Assembly: GCA_964630235.1 (NCBI GenBank)
Contig: CAZVUO010000001.1
Coordinates: 603,201 to 635,200 of the forward strand
Reading direction: 5' to 3'
DNA length: 32,000 nt
From: an uncultured bacterium
GTDB taxonomy: Bacteria > Oederibacteriota > JAAXVQ01 > JAUVAV01
This document shows positions 7,633 to 15,761 of the stretch, piece after piece. Every line of letters starts with the position of its first letter. Position 1 is the first letter of the stretch. The position numbers were made by a program, and so were the translations under genes. Under the pieces are notes generated by a model. The model ran no database searches and had not been told where the DNA came from. It saw only the letters and a program-made list of their open reading frames with translations.

Positions 7633-9498
7633 ATGGTAGCATGGTTGGCAATGATCCCGGGCCTGCCGCTGGCCGCGGCCGCGGCCGTGGCCCTGGCCGG
7701 CAGCCGCATCCGCCGCTGGGCCGGCTGGGTGACCGCGAGCGCCGTGTTCTTGTCGCTGGTCATGGCCGCGCGGGTGCTGCTGGCCGTGCTCGCGCGGCCC
7801 GAGGCGCGGGAAATTTCTTTCCCCTGGCTGTCTATTGCGGGCGGGCTCAACCTCGAGGTTGGGTTCCTGGTGGACCCGCTGTCCGCGCTCATGCTGGTGC
7901 TGGTCACGCTGGTGTCGCTCATGATCCAGCTTTACTCCCTGGGCTACATGGCCGGGGACGCGGACCGAACCCGCTATTTTACCTACCTGTCCCTCTTCAC
8001 GTTTTCCATGCTGGGCCTGGTGCTGGCCAACAACCTGATCCTCATGTATATGTTCTGGGAACTGGTCGGTCTGTGCTCCTATCTCTTGATCGGGTTCTGG
8101 TATGAAAAACCGGCGGCCGCCAACGCGGGCAAGAAAGCCTTTGTCGTGACCCGTTTTGGCGACCTGGGGTTCCTGATCGGCATCCTGGTTATCGGCCACC
8201 TGCTCAACACCTTCAATATCCCGCTCCTGGGGCAGGCCGCGGCCCAGGGACAGCTCTCCGGGTTCTGGCCGCTCGCGGTGGCCCTTTTGCTGTTTGCCGG
8301 CGCGGTGGGAAAAAGCGCGCAATTCCCCCTGCATGTTTGGCTGCCGGACGCCATGGAAGGCCCAACGCCCGTGTCCGCCCTGATCCACGCGGCCACCATG
8401 GTGGCCGCCGGCGTGTTCATGGTCGCCCGCCTGTTCCCGGTGTTCGCGGCCTCGCCGGAGGCCCTGACCGTGATCGCGTACCTAGGCGGCGCGACGGCGT
8501 TCCTGGCCGCGACCATGGCTTGCGTGCAGACCGACATCAAGCGCATTCTGGCCTACTCCACGGTCTCCCAGCTGGGGTACATGTTCCTGGCCTTGGGCTG
8601 CGCGGGGTACTCGGCCGGAATCTTCCACCTGCTCACCCACGGCGCGTTCAAAGCCCTGCTCTTTCTCGCGGCCGGGTCCGTGATCCACGCTCTGCATACC
8701 AATTCCATCTGGGAGATGGGCGGGCTGTGGCGCGGCATGAAGATCACGGCGCTGGTCACCCTGGCCGGCGGCCTCGCGCTGGCCGGTGTGTTCCCGTTCT
8801 CCGGGTTCTTCAGCAAGGACGCGGTGCTGCTGGCCGCGGCCCACGCGGGCCGCGTGGACCTGCTGGCCGTGGGCCTCCTGACCGCCCTGCTCACCAGCTT
8901 CTACATCTTCCGGCTGTTCTTCACGGTCTTCGCGGGCAAGCCCTCGGCCGCCTCCGCACCCCATGAATCCCCGGCGGTCATGACCCTGCCCATGCTGCTT
9001 CTGGCGTTCATTTCTCTGGTCCTGGGATTCTGGAGCGAACCGCTCCAGCACTTTCTCGGCCAGTCGCTCGGCGCTCCGGCGCTCGCGGCCGGCCACGGCC
9101 GCCTGGTTCCCCTGCTGGCTTTTCTCGCCGCGGCCTTCGGCTTTGCCTGGGCGTACGTGGTTTATGGCCAGAAAGCCGTGTCCGCCGCCCTGCTGGCGCG
9201 GCGCTTCTCCTGGCTGCACACCTTGCTGGTGAACCAGTATTATATTGACGCCTTTTACCAGTTCCTGGTCCGCCGCCTGCTGTTCGCGGGCGCGGCCGCG
9301 CTCGCGTGGTTTGACCGCAACGTGGTGGACGGCGCGGTCAACGGCGTGGCCTGGCTGTGCCGGCAGGCCGGGCTCGTTCTCCGGCTGGCGCAGGTCGGCC
9401 GCCTGTCCGCTTATGTTTTGGCCCTGGTGCTGGGCCTGTTGATCATGATCGTGACCGTGCTCTTGAACCAATCCGCGGTGCTGGCGTGGCCGTGGTGA
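7633..9498 (+). CDS. nuoL: NADH-quinone oxidoreductase subunit L
   Basis: 621 aa antiporter-like subunit with WELVGLCSYLLIGFW, GKSAQFPLHVWLPDAMEGPTPVSALIHAATMV and a long C-terminal extension. The start could be ATG 7633 or 7651. Confidence 0.92.
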   Translation: MVAWLAMIPGLPLAAAAAVALAGSRIRRWAGWVTASAVFLSLVMAARVLLAVLARPEAREISFPWLSIAGGLNLEVGFLVDPLSALMLVLVTLVSLMIQLYSLGYMAGDADRTRYFTYLSLFTFSMLGLVLANNLILMYMFWELVGLCSYLLIGFWYEKPAAANAGKKAFVVTRFGDLGFLIGILVIGHLLNTFNIPLLGQAAAQGQLSGFWPLAVALLLFAGAVGKSAQFPLHVWLPDAMEGPTPVSALIHAATMVAAGVFMVARLFPVFAASPEALTVIAYLGGATAFLAATMACVQTDIKRILAYSTVSQLGYMFLALGCAGYSAGIFHLLTHGAFKALLFLAAGSVIHALHTNSIWEMGGLWRGMKITALVTLAGGLALAGVFPFSGFFSKDAVLLAAAHAGRVDLLAVGLLTALLTSFYIFRLFFTVFAGKPSAASAPHESPAVMTLPMLLLAFISLVLGFWSEPLQHFLGQSLGAPALAAGHGRLVPLLAFLAAAFGFAWAYVVYGQKAVSAALLARRFSWLHTLLVNQYYIDAFYQFLVRRLLFAGAAALAWFDRNVVDGAVNGVAWLCRQAGLVLRLAQVGRLSAYVLALVLGLLIMIVTVLLNQSAVLAWPW

Positions 9499-9505
9499 CC
9501 TGTTT

Positions 9506-9643
9506 CCCTGATCGCCGGAGATCCTGGGATCGCCCTGGAAGGAAGGTGGATGCCGGCGATCAGGGATGTCGCCTGCCGAAGCGCAGGGCGATGCAAGATC
9601 AGAAGTGGGACCGCGGGCTGCGCCCGCGGGGCTCCACCTGGGA
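9506..9643 (+). repeat. nuoL-nuoM spacer: 13-bp perfect inverted repeat plus a degenerate subfamily-1 element (copy G)
   Basis: CCCTGATCGCCGG (9506-9518) pairs with CCGGCGATCAGGG (9553-9565). From ~9537, AGGAAGGTGGATGCCGGCGATCAGGGATGTCGCC aligns to the core AGGAGGGTGAATGCGGAATCGCTGCTCCGGGGATGTCGCC. Hairpin CCGCGGG-CTGCG-CCCGCGG (9611-9629) and tail GGGGCTCCACCTGG match the copy C layout. Confidence 0.6.
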
Positions 9644-9652
9644 GTTGTCCGC

Positions 9653-11107
9653 ATGCTGTCGGTGATCCTCGCCGTACCCCTGGCCGCCGCGCTGGCCATC
9701 ATGTTCCTGCCGCGCGAGCGCGTGACCTGGCCCCGGTGGGTGGCCCTGGCCGGAACCTTCGCGGGCCTCGCGTGCACGCTGGCCGTGGCGGCGCGCTTCC
9801 AGCTCGTGCCCGGCTTCCAGTTCCTGGAACGGGCGCCGCTCCTGCCGGCCCTGGGGATCTCCTACAGCCTGGCCCTGGACGGCATGGGCCTGGCCATGAT
9901 CCTGCTGACCGCCATCATCATCTTCACGGGCGTGCTGGCCTCGTGGGACCACTTGGAGCGGCCGCAGGAATTTTTCGCCATGCTCCTGGTGCTGGTGACC
10001 GGCGTGTTCGGGGTCTTCATGGCGCGGGACCTGTTCCTGTTCTTCCTGTTTTACGAATTGGCCGTGCTGCCCATGTACCTGCTCATCGGCATCTGGGGCA
10101 CGGGCCGCAAGGAATACTCGGCCATGAAGCTGACCCTGTACCTCTTGGTGGGCAGCGCGCTCATGCTGGTGGGCCTGCTGGCGCTTTATTTCAGCGGCGA
10201 GGGCCGGAGCTTCTACCTGCCCGAGGTCGCGGCCAAGGTCTTTACTCCGGGCTTCCAAAAGCTCTTTTTCCCCATCCTGTTCCTGGGGTTCGGCACGCTC
10301 GCCGGGTTCTGGCCGTTCCACACCTGGTCGCCGGACGGGCACGCCTCGGCGCCCACGGCCGTGTCCATGCTGCATGCCGGCGTGCTCATGAAGCTGGGCG
10401 CGTTCGGTATTCTGCGCATCGGCGTGGAGCTTCTGCCGGTGGGCGCCCAGTTCTGGGCGCCGTATCTCATGCTCTTCACCTTGGTCAATATCGTGTACGG
10501 CGCCCTGGTGGCCATGGCCCAGACCGACCTGAAATACGTCGTGGCCTATTCGTCGGTCTCCCACATGGGCATCGTGCTCCTCGGTATCTGCACCCTGCAC
10601 CCGGTGGCCCTGAACGGCGCGATCCTCCAGATGTTCTCGCACGGCATCATGACCGGCCTGTTCTTCGCGCTGGTCGGCATGGTCTACGGTCGGACCCACA
10701 CCCGCGTGATTCCGGACATGGGCGGCTTGGCCAGGCAGCTGCCCTTTTTGGCGCTGGCCTTCACGGTGGGCGGCCTGGTGTCCCTGGGCTTGCCGGGCTT
10801 CTCCGGTTTCGTGGCCGAACTGCTGGTCTTCCTGGGCGCGTTCCGCGTCTATCCCGTGGCCGCGGCCATTGCCGTGACCGGCATTCTTTTCACCGCGATC
10901 TATATCCTGCGCGTGGTCCAGAAGATCTTTTTCGGACCGGTCCGCGAATCCTTCGCCGGCTTGACCGACGCCAACGCGGTGGAAAAAACCTGCCTGGCGA
11001 TCCTGATGCTGGTCATGCTGGCCGTGGGCGTGTATCCCGCGTCCCTGCTGCGGATCATCAACCTCACGGTTGAACCCCTGACCGCGATCCTAAGGAGTCT
11101 GCCGTGA
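9653..11107 (+). CDS. nuoM: NADH-quinone oxidoreductase subunit M
   Basis: Antiporter-like subunit with FFLFYELAVLPMYLLIGIWG, FHTWSPDGHASAPTAVSMLHAGVLMKLG and KYVVAYSSVSHMG. ATG 9653 (MLSVILAVPL..) follows GGGAG. The track start at 9566 lies inside the spacer element. Confidence 0.9.
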   Translation: MLSVILAVPLAAALAIMFLPRERVTWPRWVALAGTFAGLACTLAVAARFQLVPGFQFLERAPLLPALGISYSLALDGMGLAMILLTAIIIFTGVLASWDHLERPQEFFAMLLVLVTGVFGVFMARDLFLFFLFYELAVLPMYLLIGIWGTGRKEYSAMKLTLYLLVGSALMLVGLLALYFSGEGRSFYLPEVAAKVFTPGFQKLFFPILFLGFGTLAGFWPFHTWSPDGHASAPTAVSMLHAGVLMKLGAFGILRIGVELLPVGAQFWAPYLMLFTLVNIVYGALVAMAQTDLKYVVAYSSVSHMGIVLLGICTLHPVALNGAILQMFSHGIMTGLFFALVGMVYGRTHTRVIPDMGGLARQLPFLALAFTVGGLVSLGLPGFSGFVAELLVFLGAFRVYPVAAAIAVTGILFTAIYILRVVQKIFFGPVRESFAGLTDANAVEKTCLAILMLVMLAVGVYPASLLRIINLTVEPLTAILRSLP

Positions 11108-12528
11108 CCTCCTGGCTGTTCTTGGCGCCTGAATTCATTCTGCTCGCGTCGCTCGGCGCGGTCCTGCTCCTGGACCTGGTGCTGCCGCGGACCGCCGGCC
11201 GCCGGCTGCTGGCCGGCGTTTCCCTGGCCGGCGCCGGGCTCGCGCTTGCCGCGGCGCTTCTGGTTCCGGACGGGTCCTTCGGCGGGACCTTCGCGCTTGA
11301 CGGCCTGGCGCGTTTGATCAAGGTCCTGGTGCTGTCCGCGCTGGCGCTGGTCACGCTCAGCGCCTGGACCTGGGACCGGACCTGGGAGCGCCCCATGGGC
11401 GAGTTCTGGTTCCTGCTGCAGTCCGCTGCGCTCGGCATGATGGTGCTGGCCTCGGGGCAGGAGTTGATCACGCTCTATGTCGGCCTGGAACTGGCCACCC
11501 TGCCCATGGCGCTTCTGACCGCCTATTGCCCGGCGGACCGCAGATCCTCGGAGGGCGGGCTTAAATTCTTAATTCTGGCGGCCGTGGGGTCCGGCGTCCT
11601 GCTGTTCGGGCTCTCCCTGCTCTATGCGGTGGCCGGCGCCACGCGCCTGGCGGACCTGGCCCAGGCGCTCATGGGCCTCCATCACGAGCCCGTGGTGGTG
11701 ATCGGCCTGCTGTGCGTGCTGGTGGGCCTGGGATTCAAGGTCGCGCTCGTGCCGTTCCACCTCTGGGTGCCGGACGCGTACGAAGGCGCGCCCACGCCGG
11801 TGACGGCCTTCCTGTCCGTGGCCAGCAAGACCGCGGGGTTCGTCCTGGCCCTGCGCCTGCTGGCCGGCGCTTTCGCGCCCTTGAGCCGGGAGTGGAGCGG
11901 CGTACTGGCCGTGCTCGCGGCCGCCACCATGACCCTGGGGAATTTCGCCGCCATTCCGCAGACCAATTTAAAACGCCTGCTGGCGTACTCCTCGGTGGCG
12001 CAGGCCGGCTATCTGATCATGGGGCTGGTGGCCGGAGACGCGCTGGGTCTTTCGGCCTTGCTGTACTATCTGGCCGCTTATCTGCCGGCCAACCTCGCGG
12101 CCTTTGCGGTCGTGATCGCGATCGAGCAGGCCACGGGCTCGACCGACCTACCGGCCTACCATGGGCTGGCCTTGCGCTCGCCGCGGCTGAGCCTGATGCT
12201 CCTCCTGGCCCTGCTCTCCCTGGCCGGCATTCCGCCGCTCGCCGGCTTTACCGCCAAGTTCTACTTGTTCACCGCCGTGTTCGGCCAAGGGTACGCGTGG
12301 CTGGTGGTGCTCGCGGTCCTTAACTCGGCCCTGTCGCTCTACTACTATCTGCGCGTCATCCGGGCGGCCTACATCCAGCCTCCGGAGAGCGTGCCGGCGT
12401 CCCCCGTGGCCGTGTCCTGGCCGCTGGCCCTGGCCCTGGCCGCGACCCTGGTCGGCATTCTCTTGCTGGGCGTCTGGCCCGGTCCGCTGGCCGAGAGCGC
12501 CCGCCTGGCGGTTCAGCACATATTGTGA
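11104..12528 (+). CDS. nuoN: NADH-quinone oxidoreductase subunit N
   Basis: 474 aa antiporter-like subunit with FKVALVPFHLWVPDAYEGAPTPVTAFLS and KRLLAYSSVAQAGY. The GTG start overlaps the nuoM stop. Confidence 0.9.
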   Translation: MTSWLFLAPEFILLASLGAVLLLDLVLPRTAGRRLLAGVSLAGAGLALAAALLVPDGSFGGTFALDGLARLIKVLVLSALALVTLSAWTWDRTWERPMGEFWFLLQSAALGMMVLASGQELITLYVGLELATLPMALLTAYCPADRRSSEGGLKFLILAAVGSGVLLFGLSLLYAVAGATRLADLAQALMGLHHEPVVVIGLLCVLVGLGFKVALVPFHLWVPDAYEGAPTPVTAFLSVASKTAGFVLALRLLAGAFAPLSREWSGVLAVLAAATMTLGNFAAIPQTNLKRLLAYSSVAQAGYLIMGLVAGDALGLSALLYYLAAYLPANLAAFAVVIAIEQATGSTDLPAYHGLALRSPRLSLMLLLALLSLAGIPPLAGFTAKFYLFTAVFGQGYAWLVVLAVLNSALSLYYYLRVIRAAYIQPPESVPASPVAVSWPLALALAATLVGILLLGVWPGPLAESARLAVQHIL

Positions 12529-12541
12529 ACGCGCGGAAAGC

Positions 12542-12570
12542 TCCACAATTGCCTGCTGCTGGTGTATAAT
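12542..12570 (+). promoter_or_regulatory. Putative sigma70-type promoter (TCCACA-N17-TATAAT)
   Basis: Perfect TATAAT at 12565-12570, a 17-nt spacer, and TCCACA (4/6) at 12542-12547. It lies in the spacer after nuoN. Pattern match only. Confidence 0.45.
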
Positions 12571-12674
12571 TTAAACCGATCCCAACGGCATCGGGAGTTT
12601 TCCCGGCATGAACAGCAAACGTTTTTCCGTCCCCAGAACGCCTAGCCGGGCATTCGCGCCCTGCGCGCCGGAAC

Positions 12675-14282
12675 TTGCCTACTGCACGGACTGCCAGGAA
12701 AGCCGGCGGCAGCAGACCTGCCCGCGCCTGCGGGCGCTGCGAAAGGAAGGCCAGCGGCTTGGACCCCAGACCCGCCCCGCTCCCGCGACCGAAAACGAGC
12801 GTTAAAATCGAGTTTTCGCTCTGGGTCATCCTGCTGGTGCTGACCACGGCCGGCACCCTGACCTGGTTCATCCTGCGCCAGGAACGGGACGCCCTGGTGC
12901 AGGAAGTGACGCGTCGCGGCATGGCCCTGACCCAGTATCTGGCGACCCACAGCATTGATCCCTTTCTCACCAACGACAAGCTTACCCTGGCCACGCTGGT
13001 CACGGACGTGATGCAAAACGAAGACATGACCTATGCCCTGATCACGGACCGCGACGGCCGCGTGGTGGCCGCGGACCAATCCGGACTCGTCGGCCAGGCC
13101 TATCAACGGCCGCCCGGCGCGTATCCCCTGGACCGGCCCGGCGCGCGCATCCACACCTGGCACCACCCGCGGGCAGGCTGGGTGATGGACATCGGCATGC
13201 CCCTCATTCTCGAGGCCAAGGCGAAGATCGGCGAGATCCATCTGGGCATCTCCCACTCCACGATCCAGCAGGTCGTCTCGCGCGCCTGGCGCAACGCCGG
13301 CGTGCTGGTCGGCATTTTTTTGCTGGCCGGCCTGGCCGGGTCCGTGATCCTGGTGAACCTCATCCTCCGGCCCGTGTCCGCGCTCACGCGGGGCGCCCAG
13401 GCCATTGGCGCGGGCAACCTGGACTACCAAATCCCGCCCATGCGGCCCAACGAGCTGGGGCAGCTGGCCGAGACCTTCAACCGCATGACGCGGGAGCTCA
13501 AGGTCGCCACGGATCAGGCCCTGGAGCAGGAACGCCTGCGCCAGGAGTTGCAGGTGGCCCAGCAGATCCAGCAAAAACTCCTGCCCAAGCAGTTGCCGGA
13601 GATACCCGGCTATTCCTTTGGCGCGCTGTACCGCGCGGCCAAGGAAGTCGGGGGGGATTATTACGATGTCTTGCGGGTGGGAAAGGACCACCTGGGTCTG
13701 GCCGTGGCGGACGTGTGCGGGAAGGGCGTGCCGGCGGCCCTGCTCATGAGCGTGGCGCGCAGCATGCTCAGGACCGTCGCGCCCGGAGAGTCCTCGCCCC
13801 TCAAGGTGGCGCGGGAGCTCAACCGCCTGCTGGTCGCGGACTTAAGCCGCGGTTTGTTTATTACCTTGTTTTATGCGGTGATAAATGTTAAGAATAGGAC
13901 CATGACCTACACCTCGGCCGGGCATAACCCGGTCCTGGTGTGGCAGGCGCAGAGAAGCCGCTGCGTGCAACTGGAGTTGCGGCCGCCGTGCCTGCCCCTG
14001 GGCGTGGATGGCACGGGACTGTTCAACCGGCTGGCGCAGGAGCAGACCATCACCCTCAAACCGGGCGATGCGGTGATCCTGTACACCGACGGCTTGACCG
14101 AAGCCTGGAACGAGCAGCGCGAGGAATTTGGCATGGACCGCCTGATCGCGGCGGTGACCGCGGGCGCCGGCCAGGGCAGCGCGGCGGAACTGGTGGAGGG
14201 TATTGACCGCACGCTGGTCAGCTTCTGCGGCGACTTGCACCAAAACGACGATCTGGCCGTGGTGACGATGAAAGTCGCGTGA
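12675..14282 (+). CDS. Membrane-bound HAMP domain / PP2C (SpoIIE, RsbU-like) serine phosphatase
   Basis: Two TM segments flank a ~150-aa loop. HAMP-like segment (RPVSALTRGAQAIGAGNLDYQIP..LGQLAETFNRMTREL), then a PP2C/SpoIIE region (GGDYYDV, DVCGKGVPAALLMS, YTDGLTEA, NDDLAVV). The start is uncertain: TTG 12675 or TTG 12759. The first ~45 codons are Arg-rich and may not be translated. Confidence 0.85.
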   Translation: MPTARTARKAGGSRPARACGRCERKASGLDPRPAPLPRPKTSVKIEFSLWVILLVLTTAGTLTWFILRQERDALVQEVTRRGMALTQYLATHSIDPFLTNDKLTLATLVTDVMQNEDMTYALITDRDGRVVAADQSGLVGQAYQRPPGAYPLDRPGARIHTWHHPRAGWVMDIGMPLILEAKAKIGEIHLGISHSTIQQVVSRAWRNAGVLVGIFLLAGLAGSVILVNLILRPVSALTRGAQAIGAGNLDYQIPPMRPNELGQLAETFNRMTRELKVATDQALEQERLRQELQVAQQIQQKLLPKQLPEIPGYSFGALYRAAKEVGGDYYDVLRVGKDHLGLAVADVCGKGVPAALLMSVARSMLRTVAPGESSPLKVARELNRLLVADLSRGLFITLFYAVINVKNRTMTYTSAGHNPVLVWQAQRSRCVQLELRPPCLPLGVDGTGLFNRLAQEQTITLKPGDAVILYTDGLTEAWNEQREEFGMDRLIAAVTAGAGQGSAAELVEGIDRTLVSFCGDLHQNDDLAVVTMKVA

Positions 14283-14369
14283 CGCACGCAGCCCCCCTTC
14301 CCTGCAGCCTGGCGGCGGTCGGCCGAACAGTGGCGGAGGGGCAACATGACGCTACAGAAGGAGAGAAGT

Positions 14370-14735
14370 ATGCGCCGAGACGGATATATCAGCATTGAGG
14401 TCCGCAAGTCCGGGCTCCATGACGTGACCGTGGTGGATGTGACCGGGGTGATTGACACCGGCACCACCTTGATCCTGGACGAGCACCTCTCCGGGCTGCT
14501 GCGCGAGCAGAAGTACCGCCTGATCATCAACCTCGCGCAGGTGACGTACGTATCCTCGGCCGGCTGGGGCCTGTTCGTGAGCCTCCTGCCCAAAACCCGC
14601 GAGCATCAGGGCGACATCAAGTTGGTCGCCATGACGCCCGAAGTGCGCAACGTGTTCAATATGCTCGCCTTTTCCAACCTCATTGCCGCCTATCTGACCG
14701 AAGAAGAGGCGATCGCCGCGTTCAAACAGAAGTAA
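14370..14735 (+). CDS. STAS domain anti-sigma-factor antagonist (SpoIIAA/RsbV-like)
   Basis: 121 aa. ATG 14370 follows AAGGAGAG. Contains LAQVTYVSSAGWG (position of the phosphorylatable Ser). Size and context next to the PP2C phosphatase also fit. Confidence 0.8.
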   Translation: MRRDGYISIEVRKSGLHDVTVVDVTGVIDTGTTLILDEHLSGLLREQKYRLIINLAQVTYVSSAGWGLFVSLLPKTREHQGDIKLVAMTPEVRNVFNMLAFSNLIAAYLTEEEAIAAFKQK

Positions 14736-14741
14736 TTCCCC

Positions 14742-15719
14742 GTGCCGCGAACCCTGCTCTGTTTCATCGGCGTTGGTTTGCTGCTGACCGCCGGTTGCGC
14801 CCGTGAAGCGGGCGTGACCCTCGCCGGAAAACAGGAAGTGGTGTCCGTGGCCAAGCACCCCTTCCGCCTCAGCCCCAGCCTCAAGCCCGGTCGCGTGGTC
14901 GTCAGCTGTTTTGCCGCCCGGACCGTGCAGGAAATATCCCTGGCGCCCCTGGCCGTCACCTCGACCCTGGAGGTGCTCGCCGGCCCGCAGGATCTGGTGC
15001 GCGACCCTTACCAGAAAAAAATCTACTGCCTGCACACCCGGGAGAACGCCCTGGCGGTTCTGGGCGGCGAGCCGCTGCGGGTCCAGCGCCAGGTCAAGAC
15101 CGGGGGCATCACGCTCGCGGGCGCGGCCTTGAAACCCAATACCGGCCGTCTCTGGATCTGCGACGGCACCATGGGCGTGAGCGATTTCGGTTTTCCCTGC
15201 GCCTGCCTGCAGCGCCGGTTCCCCGTGGGGCGCTATCCGCAAGCCGTGCTGTTTACGCCCGACGGCGAGGAAGCCTGGGTAACCCTGAAAGGCGAGAACG
15301 CGGTGGTGGTCCTGGACACGGCCACGCAGAAAGAAAAACACCGCATCACCGTCGGCATCTATCCCGGCGCCCTGCTCCTGGTGGGCAATACCGTCTGCGT
15401 GGCCAATGCTGGCTCGAACGATGTGTCCTTGATCGACCGCGCCCAGTACCAGGAACGCGTGCGGGTCCGGGTGCCCAAGCAGCCGAAGGCCCTGGCCGCG
15501 CGGGGCAAAACCCTGTGGGTGGCGGGCGGCGGGTCCTTCCACCTGGCGGCCGTGGACGTGGTCCAGGGACGCCTCATCGGCCTCCTGCGCGCGGGTTTTT
15601 ATCCGGGAGATGTTTTGGCCCTGGCCGACGGATCCCTGGTGGTCACCGCGCCGGAGCGTAATCAAGTCGTTCACATCACGCCTGAAATGCCTTCCCAGGA
15701 AACCCCCGTTCAACCCTAA
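14742..15719 (+). CDS. Lipoprotein with YVTN-type beta-propeller repeats
   Basis: GTG start, signal peptide with lipobox LTAG|C. Repeated units resemble the YVTN beta-propeller repeat (YPQAVLFTPDGEEAWVTLKGENAVVVLDTAT, YPGALLLVGNTVCVANAGSNDVSLIDRA). Confidence 0.75.
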   Translation: MPRTLLCFIGVGLLLTAGCAREAGVTLAGKQEVVSVAKHPFRLSPSLKPGRVVVSCFAARTVQEISLAPLAVTSTLEVLAGPQDLVRDPYQKKIYCLHTRENALAVLGGEPLRVQRQVKTGGITLAGAALKPNTGRLWICDGTMGVSDFGFPCACLQRRFPVGRYPQAVLFTPDGEEAWVTLKGENAVVVLDTATQKEKHRITVGIYPGALLLVGNTVCVANAGSNDVSLIDRAQYQERVRVRVPKQPKALAARGKTLWVAGGGSFHLAAVDVVQGRLIGLLRAGFYPGDVLALADGSLVVTAPERNQVVHITPEMPSQETPVQP

Positions 15720-15761
15720 ATAATTCGCACGGATTTTCCGGCGCGGGCGGTCAGATAACCC

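Noticed and set aside
9566-9652. Track start ATG 9566 for nuoM (29-aa extension MSPAEAQGDARSEV...).
   Set aside because: The extension lies within the spacer element and hairpins and is not hydrophobic like NuoM N-termini. ATG 9653 has a GGGAG at suitable spacing and begins a typical MLSVILAVPL TM segment.
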